Source: Glaucostegus cemiculus
Taxonomy: Eukaryota
Reading direction: 5' to 3'
NCBI GenBank assembly: GCA_976551045.1
Contig: CDPCPM010000056.1
Coordinates: forward strand, 21,576,001 to 21,640,000
Length of the DNA stretch: 64,000 nt
Each line of letters opens with the position of its first letter. The stretch's first letter is position 1. The translations under genes were made by a program, and so were the position numbers. Positions 38,721 through 52,205 of the stretch are shown here, in pieces. The notes under the pieces were generated by a model that made no database searches, was not told the origin of the DNA, and was given only the letters and a program-made list of their open reading frames with translations.

Positions 38721-40429
38721 TAGAGGCTACCATGCTTTCTCCAAAATTATTCCTGGGATCAAAGGCTTTGATCCTTAGCATTTTACTCCTGCTCCCAACT
38801 CTGACATCAGTCCCAGGCAGCACATTTTTGAATGCGAGAAAATGTAACACCCGTTCAGTGCAAGGCACCGTTGAAATCAGTTTTTGTGGACACAAGACTG
38901 AAAAGTACACTGGTGGCTGCTGTTGTGACCATCTGGTGTACCTACTAGGTGCAGTAGTATTTCTAGGGCAAGGCGTTCAATTTCAGCAAAAAGCAAAGCC
39001 AAAAAATAAGATTCTCCATCCATCTCATAAGCTGATCAACAAAGGGAAGTATTGTTAATTAACCCAGTCAAGGAGAAGTTAACATTCCCAAATCACCCAG
39101 CACTGCCTGTCGGAAAAGCATATGTTGTAGTGAACTGTCTGCAAGGACATTTAAAATAAAGGAAAAGAGGGTGGGGGAATGAAACAAAACACAAAAAATG
39201 GAAGTATAAACAAATGCAAATTAATTAAAAGCATCTTTTGACAAGCTCAAATTTAGTACACTGCCCACAAAAAAACAATGAGCTGACAAAAGAATTAATG
39301 CAGTGAATTTTGGTGGTTAAAAAGATTTCTTTTCCAAGCACTGTACAGTTTTTACATGCACTGACTTAAATGCTGGCACAGATGGCTTGCTAACAGTCAG
39401 TCACTACTGTCTCTGTACCAATAAAAAACAGCAGTCATCACTAGATTTTCTAAAAAAAGAGAGAAAGCGAGAGAATTAACAAAAGCCCCATTTTACTTGG
39501 TCCTTTTCAAGCTCTTGGATAATACAGAAAACCTGATCCTTTTGAGTGCATTTAAGGGTCAGAAGACAGGCCACATTATGACTGTCAAGGCGTGATGGCC
39601 ACTTTGGCAGAAAACTTTGGTGGCATTTCAGCACTCTGTGCCTTGATAAGCTTAAATCCACTCTGATTATAGACCTTTAACACACAAACCCAGTACCTTG
39701 CCCCATTATTTTTCCAAAACATAATTTTAGTAAAAAATAAAATGATGGTCTGCGTCATGAACTAGACTAATGACAGCAGATGTTATTAGAGAAAAACATA
39801 GCCAACACACTGACAAATATTCCACATCTTCTTTGTGTTTCTCATTTATTATTCTAACTGCTGAATTATTTTAATGGGTATAACATTAGCGAGTTAGGAA
39901 TAGAGTGAGACACACTATCTGACCAATTGAAAAAGAATAACATTTTGAATAAATAAAGGGCAAATTTTAAGGATTTATGTTATCAATAGTGGCACCAATC
40001 TGGGTTGTAGTTACTTATTTTTTTATAAATCAGTAAAAAAATATTAACAGTACTTCCAGAGTCTGGCCAGCATCTGGAAGTAATCCACCACATTTTGCAA
40101 ATCATAGAGGCGTGAAATACATTTAAATGGAATGAATGAAACATTACTACCCGTGCATCTCTGTGGAGGTGCTGGTTGAGTGGCGGGCAATGTCTGACTG
40201 TGTAACCGTTTACATCAGCATGTTAACCTGCAGAAATCAGTGGCTGAAGATAAAGCAAATCTGATGTAGATGTTAAGTATCAGCAAGGCGTCACAAGAAG
40301 TGTAATGGGAAATGTGTATAAATGCTTGAGGAGTTTTAATCAGTCTCATGAAATGCAAAAATACTCTCCCAATTTTGAAGCTCCAAACAACTGAGAATAT
40401 TATACAGTGTCCATTGCTTTTCAAACCAA

Positions 40430-40585
40430 CAATTCTCCCATTAACACTGTGGGAATACCTTCAGCACAAGAAATGGAATGATTCAACAAGATAGTTCAGC
40501 ACAATCTTCTCAAAGGCAATTAAGGATGGGCAATGACTGGTAGCCCTCCTAGTGGTGTCAGATCCTGTACATGAATAAACAAAAC
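40430..40585 (+). mobile_element. LINE 3' tail of the 35-37 kb family
   Basis: ttctcaaaggcaattaaggatgggcaat...atgaataaa. Confidence 0.55.
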
Positions 40586-43500
40586 ATCTGAATTACTGTT
40601 TTAGGGAATCTAAAACATGCATTCAGCAAGGAATGTAAGTTGAACTATGGCATGATTTAGTGACAACAAAAATGTTTACATTGAAATAAGCAGCTTTTTC
40701 ATCTGTTCTTCCCTTCTGGTCCAAAAACATCTGCTCATATTGTGCTGTGTTTCCTTAGATGGACTCTGGTACCATACAGAATGGCTATTCACTGTTTGTG
40801 ATGCTGTACAGTGATTTCTGCCAAGCTAACCAAATGGGAGCACTAAACCCAATCCACCCTCTTAATTATCCATATTGAAATCAGCTAGTTTCACTTCCTG
40901 GATTCATTTTGGGACTTTGCTTTTCTGCATTGATTGGTACCATCCTGAACGCTGCAGTAATAATTGTGGGGGGGAAAAGAAAAACAGGAGAATAAAGTTT
41001 AATAATGACATTGTTAAGTTATAATATACAACACTTCTTATATTTTGTCTACTTAAAGAAAATAATTAATATTTAACATTCATCTACATTCTGTTTCTCC
41101 TTTCATCATTTTGGGAAGCATGAAGCCAATTAATTAAAATTAATAGCAATACTTACATGGAAATATTAATTTCACTGCCCTATTAAGAGATAAAAATTTC
41201 CATACTAACAGTCTTTCAATTATTACCCATGGCAACCTTCAGATGTAATTTGCACCATTACAAACTTTACAAAAATTTAGATAATTTTTTTCTGGACCAA
41301 AAAGATCTGGGAAAAGCCTTATTGAGTAAAAAGCAACAGCTTGTCACATTATAGATGGATATGTGGCTTGAAATCCTCATGTTGTTGTGGCCCCTCTTAA
41401 CCTGTCCAAAACCAACACTTCACATGCAAGGAACCTCTTCACATGAGAGATGCAATCTCTCCTTGTTATGAGGTTGAGATAGCTGCCAACTGTAATACGC
41501 AAGTTCAACTTGACACTGAATCACACCAACCCAGTTTGTGAAGCTTCTTATTTTTGCCATATATTTTATCTTTGTGCGTACTTGCATGTGGGGAAATAGC
41601 AGAAAGATCTGGGGAGTAAAATGGGGATGCAGTGGAAGCTGAATGGCAGTGGCAGAGGAATCAGAGGGAAAGATTTTTTTAAAAAAGGAAGCAGCAGTGT
41701 ACCATGTAGTGTCATTCACGCTCTGCCTACGATTTGCAGTTCACATTCTCCTTCAGCAGCAGAAGCGTTACGCTGGCTTAAGGGACAAATCAGACACAAA
41801 AAAAAGACTAAACCCCACAGTAATGCAATTATCAGAACATTTTATGCCAGGCTGTTTCTTTTGAAGGCGAGCTGGTGTTCTTCGCTTGTATGCCACTGTG
41901 TCTTCACTTGCACCTAATAACCATAAAGTTACCATTATTTATGCTGCAGACACACACAAAACACCCACTGAAATTCTGTGCTTAAAAACCTTTTGATGCT
42001 CAATCCACGGCATATTGCATATTAATGCCTGACCAAGATTGAAATATCCTTGAAAGAAATTTCTACCTACAAACAAAATACATTTCAGGCAGATCTTTTT
42101 TCTTCTTATAAATTGTGCTTTTCCCTGCATCTTGTTTTTTCAGGTTTAGCTTTGTCTCAGTTATTGATGACCACCCACAATTCCAGGGAGTTTATTTTAT
42201 AGCGTCTCTCCCACTCATTTTTAATTCACGGCACTGCACACTGGATTTAACAAGGGGAAAGGCTTGAAAGTGTGCATTGAGGAGAAAAAGACAAAGTGAG
42301 ACAGAGGGGAGAACGGTCACACCCACTCAAGAAACTTCAGCACAATAGATGAAGAGAAGGGAAAACACCCCTTGGTTACATGAAGGCCATCGAAATCACC
42401 GCACCATCTGCAGTCAGCTTTATTTTCTCCTTTTCCTTTTTTTTCACCCAACAGTTCAAACGTTTGTTCACGCAACAGAGAGCGATTTTTATGTAAAATG
42501 GTTCAACAGAAAAAAATATATTGACAAAAAGAATTTAATATTGAGATACAATGTAGACAACTGATGATCATGAAAGATGCAAATTTTGGTCATTTTTAAA
42601 GTTTCTAGGATGAAAATCTTATTATTGCTGGATAATTTTTACAAACTTGCTAAGTTACTTTAACATATGATTCATTACTAAATTGATTATTATGTACTTG
42701 TTATTTTATGTTTGATCAAAATGCATCAAAGATAAAGAACTTTAAATAATTTATTTATTATTTTGTTCCTGAATGATTTGAAACCAATAATTTAAAATTT
42801 CTTTTTGCATTCTTGCACATTGAACATATTTTGAATGGCAACGTTCTCATTTGAAACTTTTCTTTAAAGATAAACATAAGCTTTTAGAAAACTCTAATCT
42901 ACTTAACGTATTGAATTTTTGGTCTGTTCACAGAATAGCCTAAATATAAACAAAGAATAAATCCATGATACTCTAAATATCTGCTCCAGATGAAGGCGTA
43001 TGATTAGACAAGATAAGCCATGATTCTAATAATTTTTTTGTCGGGGGCATGTGTGAATTCTACTCCTCCCTCCTGCCACCATGAGATTAGAGATTTCACG
43101 GTTACAGATCAGGAGCTTTTGAGGGTCAGCTCAAACAATTGCTACACAAACTATCTCCTGGTTATAGCTGTGTTGTCTCGGTGGGAGTCCATCCCAGCAT
43201 TTCACTGCTCTGCAATCTGTCAAATGAGCAAGAAATTAGTAGAACTTCAGGACTTCTCTCCGTGTTCAAAGAGATGAGAGCTGGGCTTCATAAGCCAACA
43301 TCTCAGATTCACAGCACAGATCAACATGCCATTTTTAACTCTTGAACCCTCCTGTAATTTATAAACCAAATAGCTACTATCAAAAGGTTTATGATTTTCA
43401 ACATACTATTGTGTCTGAAATTCAAGAACAAATCCGATCAATTTTATTATTTTCATAATTTTTCCAGGCCAACCGTGTAGTTGCATGATAAACACCTCAG

Positions 43501-46500
43501 CTTATTTATATCCCAACTAGAACTATTATTATGCTCTTAGATTAACTAATTAAAACTTTCTATATTTAACAAGCAAAAATGAACATTTATTAATTTTATA
43601 CAAGGTATACTTAATAGTCAATTACTTTTTGTACAGAACTGACCCTTCTAAGTGTTCCATTTGATAAAAATAATAATTTATCCAAAAAGTCCCTTAAACT
43701 AGCAATTCAAAACTGCAACAAGGTTTTGGGCAGTGACTGGCTTCTTTGTCAAGCAACTTCACTGGATTTTGAACCTCGGTCTTGAATTATGTTTCATCTT
43801 TGCCTTGCTCGAGGTAGCATCAACCTCTTTAATCCTATCCACACTCACAATAAACAGCAGGAAATGTTGCAACCCCAAAGCCCACTGAGAGCACCTCAAC
43901 TTTCAATGTCTCCTTTAGAAGCATGCCAAAGATGGTGTCCTTGAATAGGAGGTTGAACCATAACACTGGAAGTTTGTCAAAGGTTTTACTGTAAGTTTTT
44001 AATTAAATATTACATGTGAGAATTTTTTTTCGCAATTATTCCACTAAATTTTTAAATGACAGTTTACATTTGGTTTGGTCACTTCTCCTGGAGAACTTAG
44101 GATCCTAGAAATCTCAATGTGCCATAGCGGGTGCACTAAATGGTCATAACAGTGACGCACCAATGTCTCAATTGCTACCTAATGAACTTTCTTTGGAGCT
44201 AAAATTTGCCACCCGAGACCAATGCCAGCAGCTGTAGGCTGATTGGGGATTGGGCTTGTGGCTGGTGGCAGGAAAGGAGGGATCAGTGGGCACATTAAGG
44301 GCAGATAAATGACCAAGAAGTGGAGAGAAGTGGAGTTTGGGACATTGGCTAGGGCACGATGAAAATTGAAAGTTTGGGGATGTGAGAATATCTAATGGTC
44401 CTGTGGATGATCAGGGGATCAGGGAGAAGATCAATCAGTAGGGGCTATGGGTGCCACTGTGTGAAGTATTGGTTACTTGCAGGATAACCTAGTTTAATTT
44501 CTTCTCCAATGCTCAACCAGGAGAAGTGCATAGAGAATGATATGACACGATGCACACCTGATGCAGAAATCACAGCAGATGAGCAAGCATGACACACGTC
44601 AGCAAGAGCCAGGTTGGCTATCCACAGTAATACAAAATGACCTGGAAATGATTGTTATTGTGTTTCGTTCTAACATAAGTACATTTTCAATTGCACAGCA
44701 CTAAAATAAACAGTGCAACACGATCTAATTTCAAGGCAAAGATGTTTTAGTCTTGCCACTATTGAACTGGTCATGAACTCAGTGGTGTCAAACAGCAAGC
44801 CTGTATTCATTTTTAAAACTCTATTAACTTAATAAACCTAGTTTTAATACAGAGTATGATTATTATTTCTTATCCTGCATGGTCTTCATTACATTTTGTG
44901 GAACAAAAAGGAATTACCTCTTTGATTTTTGTACTGAAAATTGTAATATCTCAGTTCATATGATTCTTTCAAATAGATGGTATACCAAACTTTTGTTATG
45001 TGTGATTATATTTATGGAGAAGGCAAGCTGATAAGGATAATGAAATATAGTCATCCCTTATTTAGATTGATTATCTGTTAATTAAAATTTAAGCTCAACA
45101 TTTTAGTAAGTTGGACAAATTCCCTTAAGTATCTTTACTGGAAACCTTTTTAGATAATGCAGTCCTAAATATTATCATTAGTGGGCAAGTGAAATATTAA
45201 TTACGCTAAGTTAAGCAGAAAAATAACAGAACATTTCTTCAACAATTTACATCATTTTTTTGCCCCAACTTCAATGTATTTATGAAAAAAGAGAGAAAAT
45301 AGGAAACAAACAGAATTAATTTAGTACTTGTGAATATTTAATAATAAAGTAATTTTTGAAGATATATTTAAGGAAAACTAATTACCTAAGGGCCAGGGGA
45401 GTAGAAAACATGGTTTTTATCGCATCCCTTCATTAAAATGCACAGAATTATACATGTTTGAAATGCTGAAGGAGACCATGCAGCCCTTTGTGATATGTAA
45501 GGGACTAAAATACACTTTGAAACTAATTTCATGAAAACTAGCTGTAAATAACTTATTTCAAAGGTTATGTCCTTGCGTAATTATGCAGCATCTTAAAACC
45601 ATACCTGGAGGTGCAAAAGTGTGATTCCTTTAAATGTATGGAATGCAATGAAGAAGTATCTGCCTGTGAAAATGCAGTACTTAGTATTCAAGTACTAAAC
45701 TTTTGGGGTCCCTTCTATCATAGATACCAGCAGCACCGAATGTTCAGAATATTAATTAGGACACTAAGCATATTTACCATTAGCAATTCAAAGAGGAGAC
45801 TATGGACTAATTTTAAACTTTCTTCAAGTTTCTTTCTCGCTTTGTTGAAAGTTTTCTTCAAATTTGAAGTTGTTAACTCTATCTACCATATTATAGCCAC
45901 AGTGCATTGTAATGTTGCTACTGTATGACTTGTGGTGTTAAAGCTAATTTAAATTCAGTGGAATGTCTTTAAAACTCTTTTGACACTCTCCAAACAGAGT
46001 TAATAAAACCACAGACTTACAGCTTGGGACAAAGGTTTGAACGCCACTGCAGATTAATTCCAACTACAGAGGGTGTATTCAATGTAACTTGATGCAGCTC
46101 CTTGAAAAAGCTGTGTTTTGTCTATTTAAATCTCATCTCTAAACGTTTTTCTGAATGATAAACCTTGGAAAGAACTTTTTAAATTTTTTTCTTAAAATAT
46201 TATAAACATAAACAGTTGTACTTGATGGAGTGAAGATTTAAAGTGATTGGCTGAATCAACATCCACCTTATCTGCATTGCAAGTCTACACTTTTAAGAGA
46301 ACGATTGACTTTTAAATTATTCAAAAATAGAACACAACCATGCTAGATTAAGTTTTAATTTCATCAAATTGTCAATCTCAGAGAATGTACACAGTTAACT
46401 ATCTACTTAACAAAGCAACATTTATTTGGAACCAGTAACATTCATTTCTTAATGGTTTCCAGAATACAAATCTACTGAACAAAGGTGAATTTGCACAGTC

Positions 46501-47414
46501 AACACGATTTGTTCTCGTTACTTCTATGAATCACCAAACCCAAGTTTGATCAGTTTAACCCTGCAAGGCCCTTCGTCACTGCTCATTTAGTTTTACAAAT
46601 ATCAGTTCTCCCTCCTTGGTAGTATTGAATAACAAGGTCATTTTATCATTTGAAAATAAGTTGAATTGTGAGATTGAATATATAACCTGCTGAATATAAG
46701 GCACAACACACCCATTTGCAACTCTCTAAACTTCCATTAAATGAAAACTAATTTAAAAAGTACAAAAATAGAGTTTAACAAGATCCTAGAATGTCTGCTT
46801 GTGATACCAAAACGTTTGACAATATGTATGATGAATTTTAAATTTCATTATTGGATCTGCATGAAAAAAGTGAGCTGTTTATTGAAGATGCTATAAACCA
46901 TTATGCTGTGCAGCATTAATTTAAAATTCCTCACTTATTGAACATATCCATTTTCTACAGATTCCCTGTGCATAACCTCCCTCCATACGTTCTTATCCCT
47001 TGATTATTTTTGTTGCACCACAACTTGCATTCATTGTGTGAAGTCTCACAGCTTGGTCTATATATAATTAATGCCCTACCTAAACTGTGATTTTGCAGAA
47101 AGTAAATTCTGCAATGTCAGAGTTCTGACACAGTAATTTGCCCCAGCCACAAGTGCCAAGTGCTGCCTTGCTCTCTCCCTCATACACTGATTCTCTTATG
47201 GTCTTAAGTGATTATGACTGCCTGGTCTGGAAAGGAAGGAGAGAGTTAGTAGACAGACAGTGGTAGTGGAATGAAGGAAGAGCATATGGAGTGATGACTG
47301 AAAACAGCCTCTGGTCTCTCTGACTGTCAGTGAGGAAGCAAAATGGTGGGTTTCTTGGAAAGGTTTCAGGAATTCGCACTTGGAACATTCACAATGTTCC
47401 TACGAACATTTACT

Positions 47415-47518
47415 ATGTTCCTCTTTCCACAGGTGCTGCCCGACCTGCTGAGTGTTTCAAGCATTTTCTGCTTTTATTTCAGATTTCCAGTATCTGTAGC
47501 TTTTTGATTTTCATTTCA
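47415..47518 (+). mobile_element. Single arm of the Penelope-like repeat
   Basis: tgctgcccgacctgctgagtgtttcaagcattttctgcttttatttcagatttccag. Confidence 0.65.
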
Positions 47519-48554
47519 GGAAGTCAGTCCATTCCTCCAGTCAGGGACAGTTGACAGGCCAGGTTGGATGTGCTTCCTGGGCAAGTCTGGGCTGAGTGTT
47601 CGTGCCATTCCTTGCCCAGTCTCGGTGTGAGAGGGAGAAAAACAACAACCTTTTTCCACCACAACCTCTGGGCTATTAGTGCCACTTCTACACTAGTACT
47701 TACTGAAAAATGATGCTGACAATTGAAGAAGGACATCAGCTGCCTATCAATGAGAGCCACAAAACAACACCATGGTTCGCTGGTACAAAATGTTTAAAAA
47801 ATTAGAAAAAAAGTTTATGCACTTTAAGTTGCTTTGCCCTCAGAATTGCAAGTTGCAAATTATCACAATGAATTGAAAGTCAATATTACATTGCCCTAAT
47901 TATGTTTGTCTTGTCTATGACTCCATTACAAATCTTTGGAGTTGATCCCACAACTTAGGTATGGCATCATACATAATTATAGCACTGTTGTAGAAAACAC
48001 ATCAAAGTACTTCATGCTGGACTAAAGACATTGAACAGTTGTAGACAAATAATGAAATTACTGAAAGTGCATTCAAGTATGAATGATTTAAGGAGATTTT
48101 TAATGATGGTGAAGCAAAGAATTTCCAGATAATAGGTCTAAGTGCTAGAGACTCTGGAACACAGAGAGGAGGGCATGAACTGGACACCAGAATTGAAATA
48201 CTGAAGGGTCAAATCATAACACTGGAGACAGCATGGTATTATGCTCAGAATAACACCATTTGAAAAATAATAATGAGAGAAGGGCACACAGTGAACACCA
48301 AAGATGAAGTATTGAAGGACTGGATCATTATCTTCAGAATACCACTGGATCATAAAATCCAGTGGTATTCTGAAGATAATGCTCTATGAGCAATTTGTAG
48401 ATAAGAATGGTTCTGAATTCCAGACAAAGAAAGGCAAATAGCCAGTGAAGGTTAGTGAGCCCAGAAGTGATGAAGGAGCATAATTTAATCACAAAACACA
48501 GGATGCTTACAGTATAGAAGGATACCACTCAAGCTACTGAGTCTGTGTTGGGTC

Positions 48555-49080
48555 TATGCAAGAGCATTCCAGCTAGTCCTATTCCTTTCCCCTCCCTCCA
48601 TAGTACTGCATTTTCTTTCCTTACAAGTACACATCCAATTCCCTTCTTTGTTGGAATGTGCTTCCAGTATTACCCCAAGCAGTGCATTCCAGATCCTAAC
48701 CACTCATTGCATAAAATGTTTTTTCTTATCTCACTTTTGGTTCTTTTGCCAGTCATCTTCATTCTATGTCCCCTGGTTGTTGACTCTTCTGTCAATGGGA
48801 ATAGTTTCTCTCTAGCTCCTCTGTCTAGACTCTTCATGATATTAAATACCTTCATCAGATCCCCCTCTCAATTCCCTCTGTACCAATGAGCACAATCCCA
48901 CCTTCTCCAGTTTATCTACATAACTCTGCAATCATTCACTCCTGGAATGATTCCAGTAAATCACTTCTATAATTTCTCTGAGTCTTTCACATCCTTCCTC
49001 AAATATACTGCCCAAATCTGGGGTTTGAACTTGTGTTTCAATAAGATTCATCGTGACTTTCTTGCTTTTGTATTCCATGA
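48555..49080 (-). mobile_element. CR1 LINE 3' fragment
   Basis: VFNIMKSLDR..REKLFPLTEESTTRGHRMK matches the CR1 ORF2 C-terminus. Confidence 0.85.
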
Positions 49081-50029
49081 CTTTACTTATAAAACCAATG
49101 GTCCCATATAATTTTTTTTGTTATTTTCTTCTGGGTGGGTTGAGAAAGAGTTAAAATTACACATGTATGGGATTTGTGGCAAAGGAAAAAGCCCACAACC
49201 AATAGTATTTTAGATAAGCTTCTTCTTAAAGGAGGGCTGAAACCAGCAAATTGGTCAATAAAAAAAGTGGTGTCTGGCACAGCAAAAGTATATACGGATT
49301 TCAGCAGTAAGACCCATTATTTATAATACAAACCATCATGGACAACCATGTCTACTTTTAATTTACACATTCTTAGTCTATGTGCACATAGTAACTTGAT
49401 GGAGACACAGTTTTGAATTTTCCTCTCACTACATTCACTATACAGTGCTGGTTTGTCAAGGCTTCTCTGCAACCCAATTTGCCAAGGTCTTGTGCCAGGG
49501 AATGAGAGCAGAGTTAAAACTGCAGTTGCAGGTCTGATTGGCTTGTAGGTAACAGTCCCGGTCATTAGCCTTAGGTATTGCTATCTGAAGAGATTTGGTG
49601 TGAACCCTCTATGACTTCTGTACTTTGGCACTGCACTGACATCTTTAGGAAGGTCTATAACATAAGGTCCATATCACACTTTCCTAGAATCATTGGATAA
49701 TCCAGGACAATGAAGTAGTGAAGGTCTGACATATCTTATTTTCCATAACGTAATTTTATAGTAATTGATTACTTAACAAAGAAAATTATCTTTGAATGCC
49801 TATATTCGCTGCACCTGCACTATATGCATACTCCTATTCAAATATTCATAATATATGCCAAACATGATTTACTGATTATACTTATTGCATAAACCCGTAA
49901 ACAATCTGTCCTCGCTTTTTTATGCTTCATAAAGCCTGAGTCATGATGTTTATTCTTATTATTTCATCTTTTTGTTTCATATTTCCTCAGCCACAGTTCT
50001 TCAGAACGGTTACAAATCATCATATTATC

Positions 50030-51042
50030 TTGCAGGCTTCAGTTCTGGGGCCATATTTGTTCATTACATACATTAGTAATTTGGATATAGCCCTATAAGA
50101 TATTAAAACCTTCAGAGGATATCAAGATAGGACATATTGTTAATCCGAGAGAAGACTAAATGAAATTCCAAAGAATGATGATAAAATAAAACAATGGCTA
50201 AGCTGTAGCAGGTGAAATTCAATGTCACTAAGTGTGACTAAAATGTGGTTTGGAAAAAAAGTGAATAACACCAGTAATTATAATCTGAATGGAAGTAGGC
50301 TTAGAACTGTGGAACAGCAGAGGCATTTGGTGGTGTTGGAGTGGGGGGTGGAAAATGGGTTCACAAGATGAAATGGGCAGTATCTCAGGTTGATGAGGCT
50401 GTAAAAAAAATGCTAATGCAATTTTAGATTTTATCACAAGAGGTATGGAATATAAAAGACAAGAGATAATGATAACCTATTTAAAAACTTAATAGGATCT
50501 AAATTAGATGACTGTGTAAAGTACTGGGCTGCAAACTATAAGCAGGATATTAAAGCTTTCATCTTTAGCTAAAATACAGAATCACTAGATGGTAGCTGAT
50601 AAGAAAAAATATAAACCTGAAGAAAGATTTTAAAAATGTCATCAATTTGACTGGAATACAAATTGCACACAGATATGACTGTGCTGCCTAAAATTATGAA
50701 AGTATCTCAAAGGATAGACAGAAGTACACTGCTTCCAACAGTTGAGGGGTCAACCGTGAAGGACCATTGATACAAGATTAAGAACAAAGACGAGTAGAAA
50801 CTTCTTTACACAGAGAGTTGTAAGGCTGTGGAATTCACTTTCAGGGTTAGTGGTTAAGGCAGAAACTATGTCAACATTTGAGACTGAGTTAGATAGATAG
50901 ATGAACAAAAAGAGGATAAAGGGATAAGGGAACAGGGTGGGTAAATATTATTAGAAATATTTGCTTCCAGGTGTGTTAATTATGACACAGACTAATTGGG
51001 CCGAATGGCCTGTTTCTCTGTTGCAGCTTTTATGTGTTTATA
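50030..51042 (+). mobile_element. 5'-truncated CR1 LINE
   Basis: QASVLGPYLFITYISNLD, RNFFTQRVVRLWNSL and tail gggccgaatggcctgtttctctgttg. Confidence 0.85.
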
Positions 51043-52163
51043 TACTTGCACGTAACTCACACGCTTAATCTTATCTACACTGCTGTGTGTGTCTTTCCTG
51101 ACTGTGTGAAATCAAACCTTGTATTAGTTTTTCAGTGTATGCACCCCTACTTCATATAACTCTATCTGTGTACTATTCCTTCTTCCTTATTTTATATTTT
51201 CATACTCTGTACCTATTCATTCTAAGCATCTATTGAGCACTTTGGCTCCTTTCCCATTCTTATCCACTGAAAATATTCTCTTTCCCTCTCCACATCCTTA
51301 TTCTTGCTGATTATTTTTCTATACATATATTTTTTTTAAATACTTTATGCATTCCTCATTACATTATTTTTATATTTTACTTTCATTGAATGTCCTTATT
51401 CATTGAAAATCCCTTTAGGAAAAAAAAAGTCTATTCATAAAATAGATACTTTTTTCCTTGCATTAAAATGATGTAAAATTTACACAGGACATACACTTAG
51501 CATAATAGTAATCATGCTTTGTATCCAAAAAGTGTATTCCCACACATACCACACCACAGCATAAAAAGATTCTCTGATATGTATTAACAAGAATCCTATC
51601 TAGAGCAAACTGATTTCACAATGTCATAACAAACTAGTTAGATAATAATTCCAAAGCCACCATTTACAACTGAAAATTCATAAGCTACCACATAAAATGG
51701 TGAAATTATACATGAAAGATTTTCAAATTCTTAACATCCCTGTGAATGTACATGAGAAACTCAGAGAAGTTTCCCACTTTTTCAAAAGGAGCAGAGTAGG
51801 CTGCCCCCAAGCTTGAATATCATAATATTCAGGGAGGAAAAATAATGATGACAAAACTATGACACAAGATTCAATCAATGACAAAGAACTTTTCCTGCAT
51901 TCCAGATTTCACTGCAATCCATTGATGATATGGAAAGATGTGATCAAAGAGGCCATGATTTTGGGTAGTCAGATAACTAAAGGTCAAATTAACACACGAT
52001 AAGACCGAGAACAATATTTGAAATCAAATATTCGTTTCTTTCTGTCACACCTGAAACATTTACTAATTACTTAGAGCCATTATATTCTCTTTGCTTCTAC
52101 TCGCAGGTAAATGGAAAAGAGGAAAAGAAGGGATTATTTCTTTGCCTTGTCATAAATAAACAA

Positions 52164-52165
<2 letters not shown>

Positions 52166-52202
<37 letters not shown>
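52166..52202. repeat. (AC)n microsatellite
   Basis: Directly visible. Confidence 0.95.

Positions 52203-52205
<3 letters not shown>

Noticed and set aside
38618-39058. 146-aa ORF
   Set aside because: Starts within a decayed CR1 and has no recognisable protein features.
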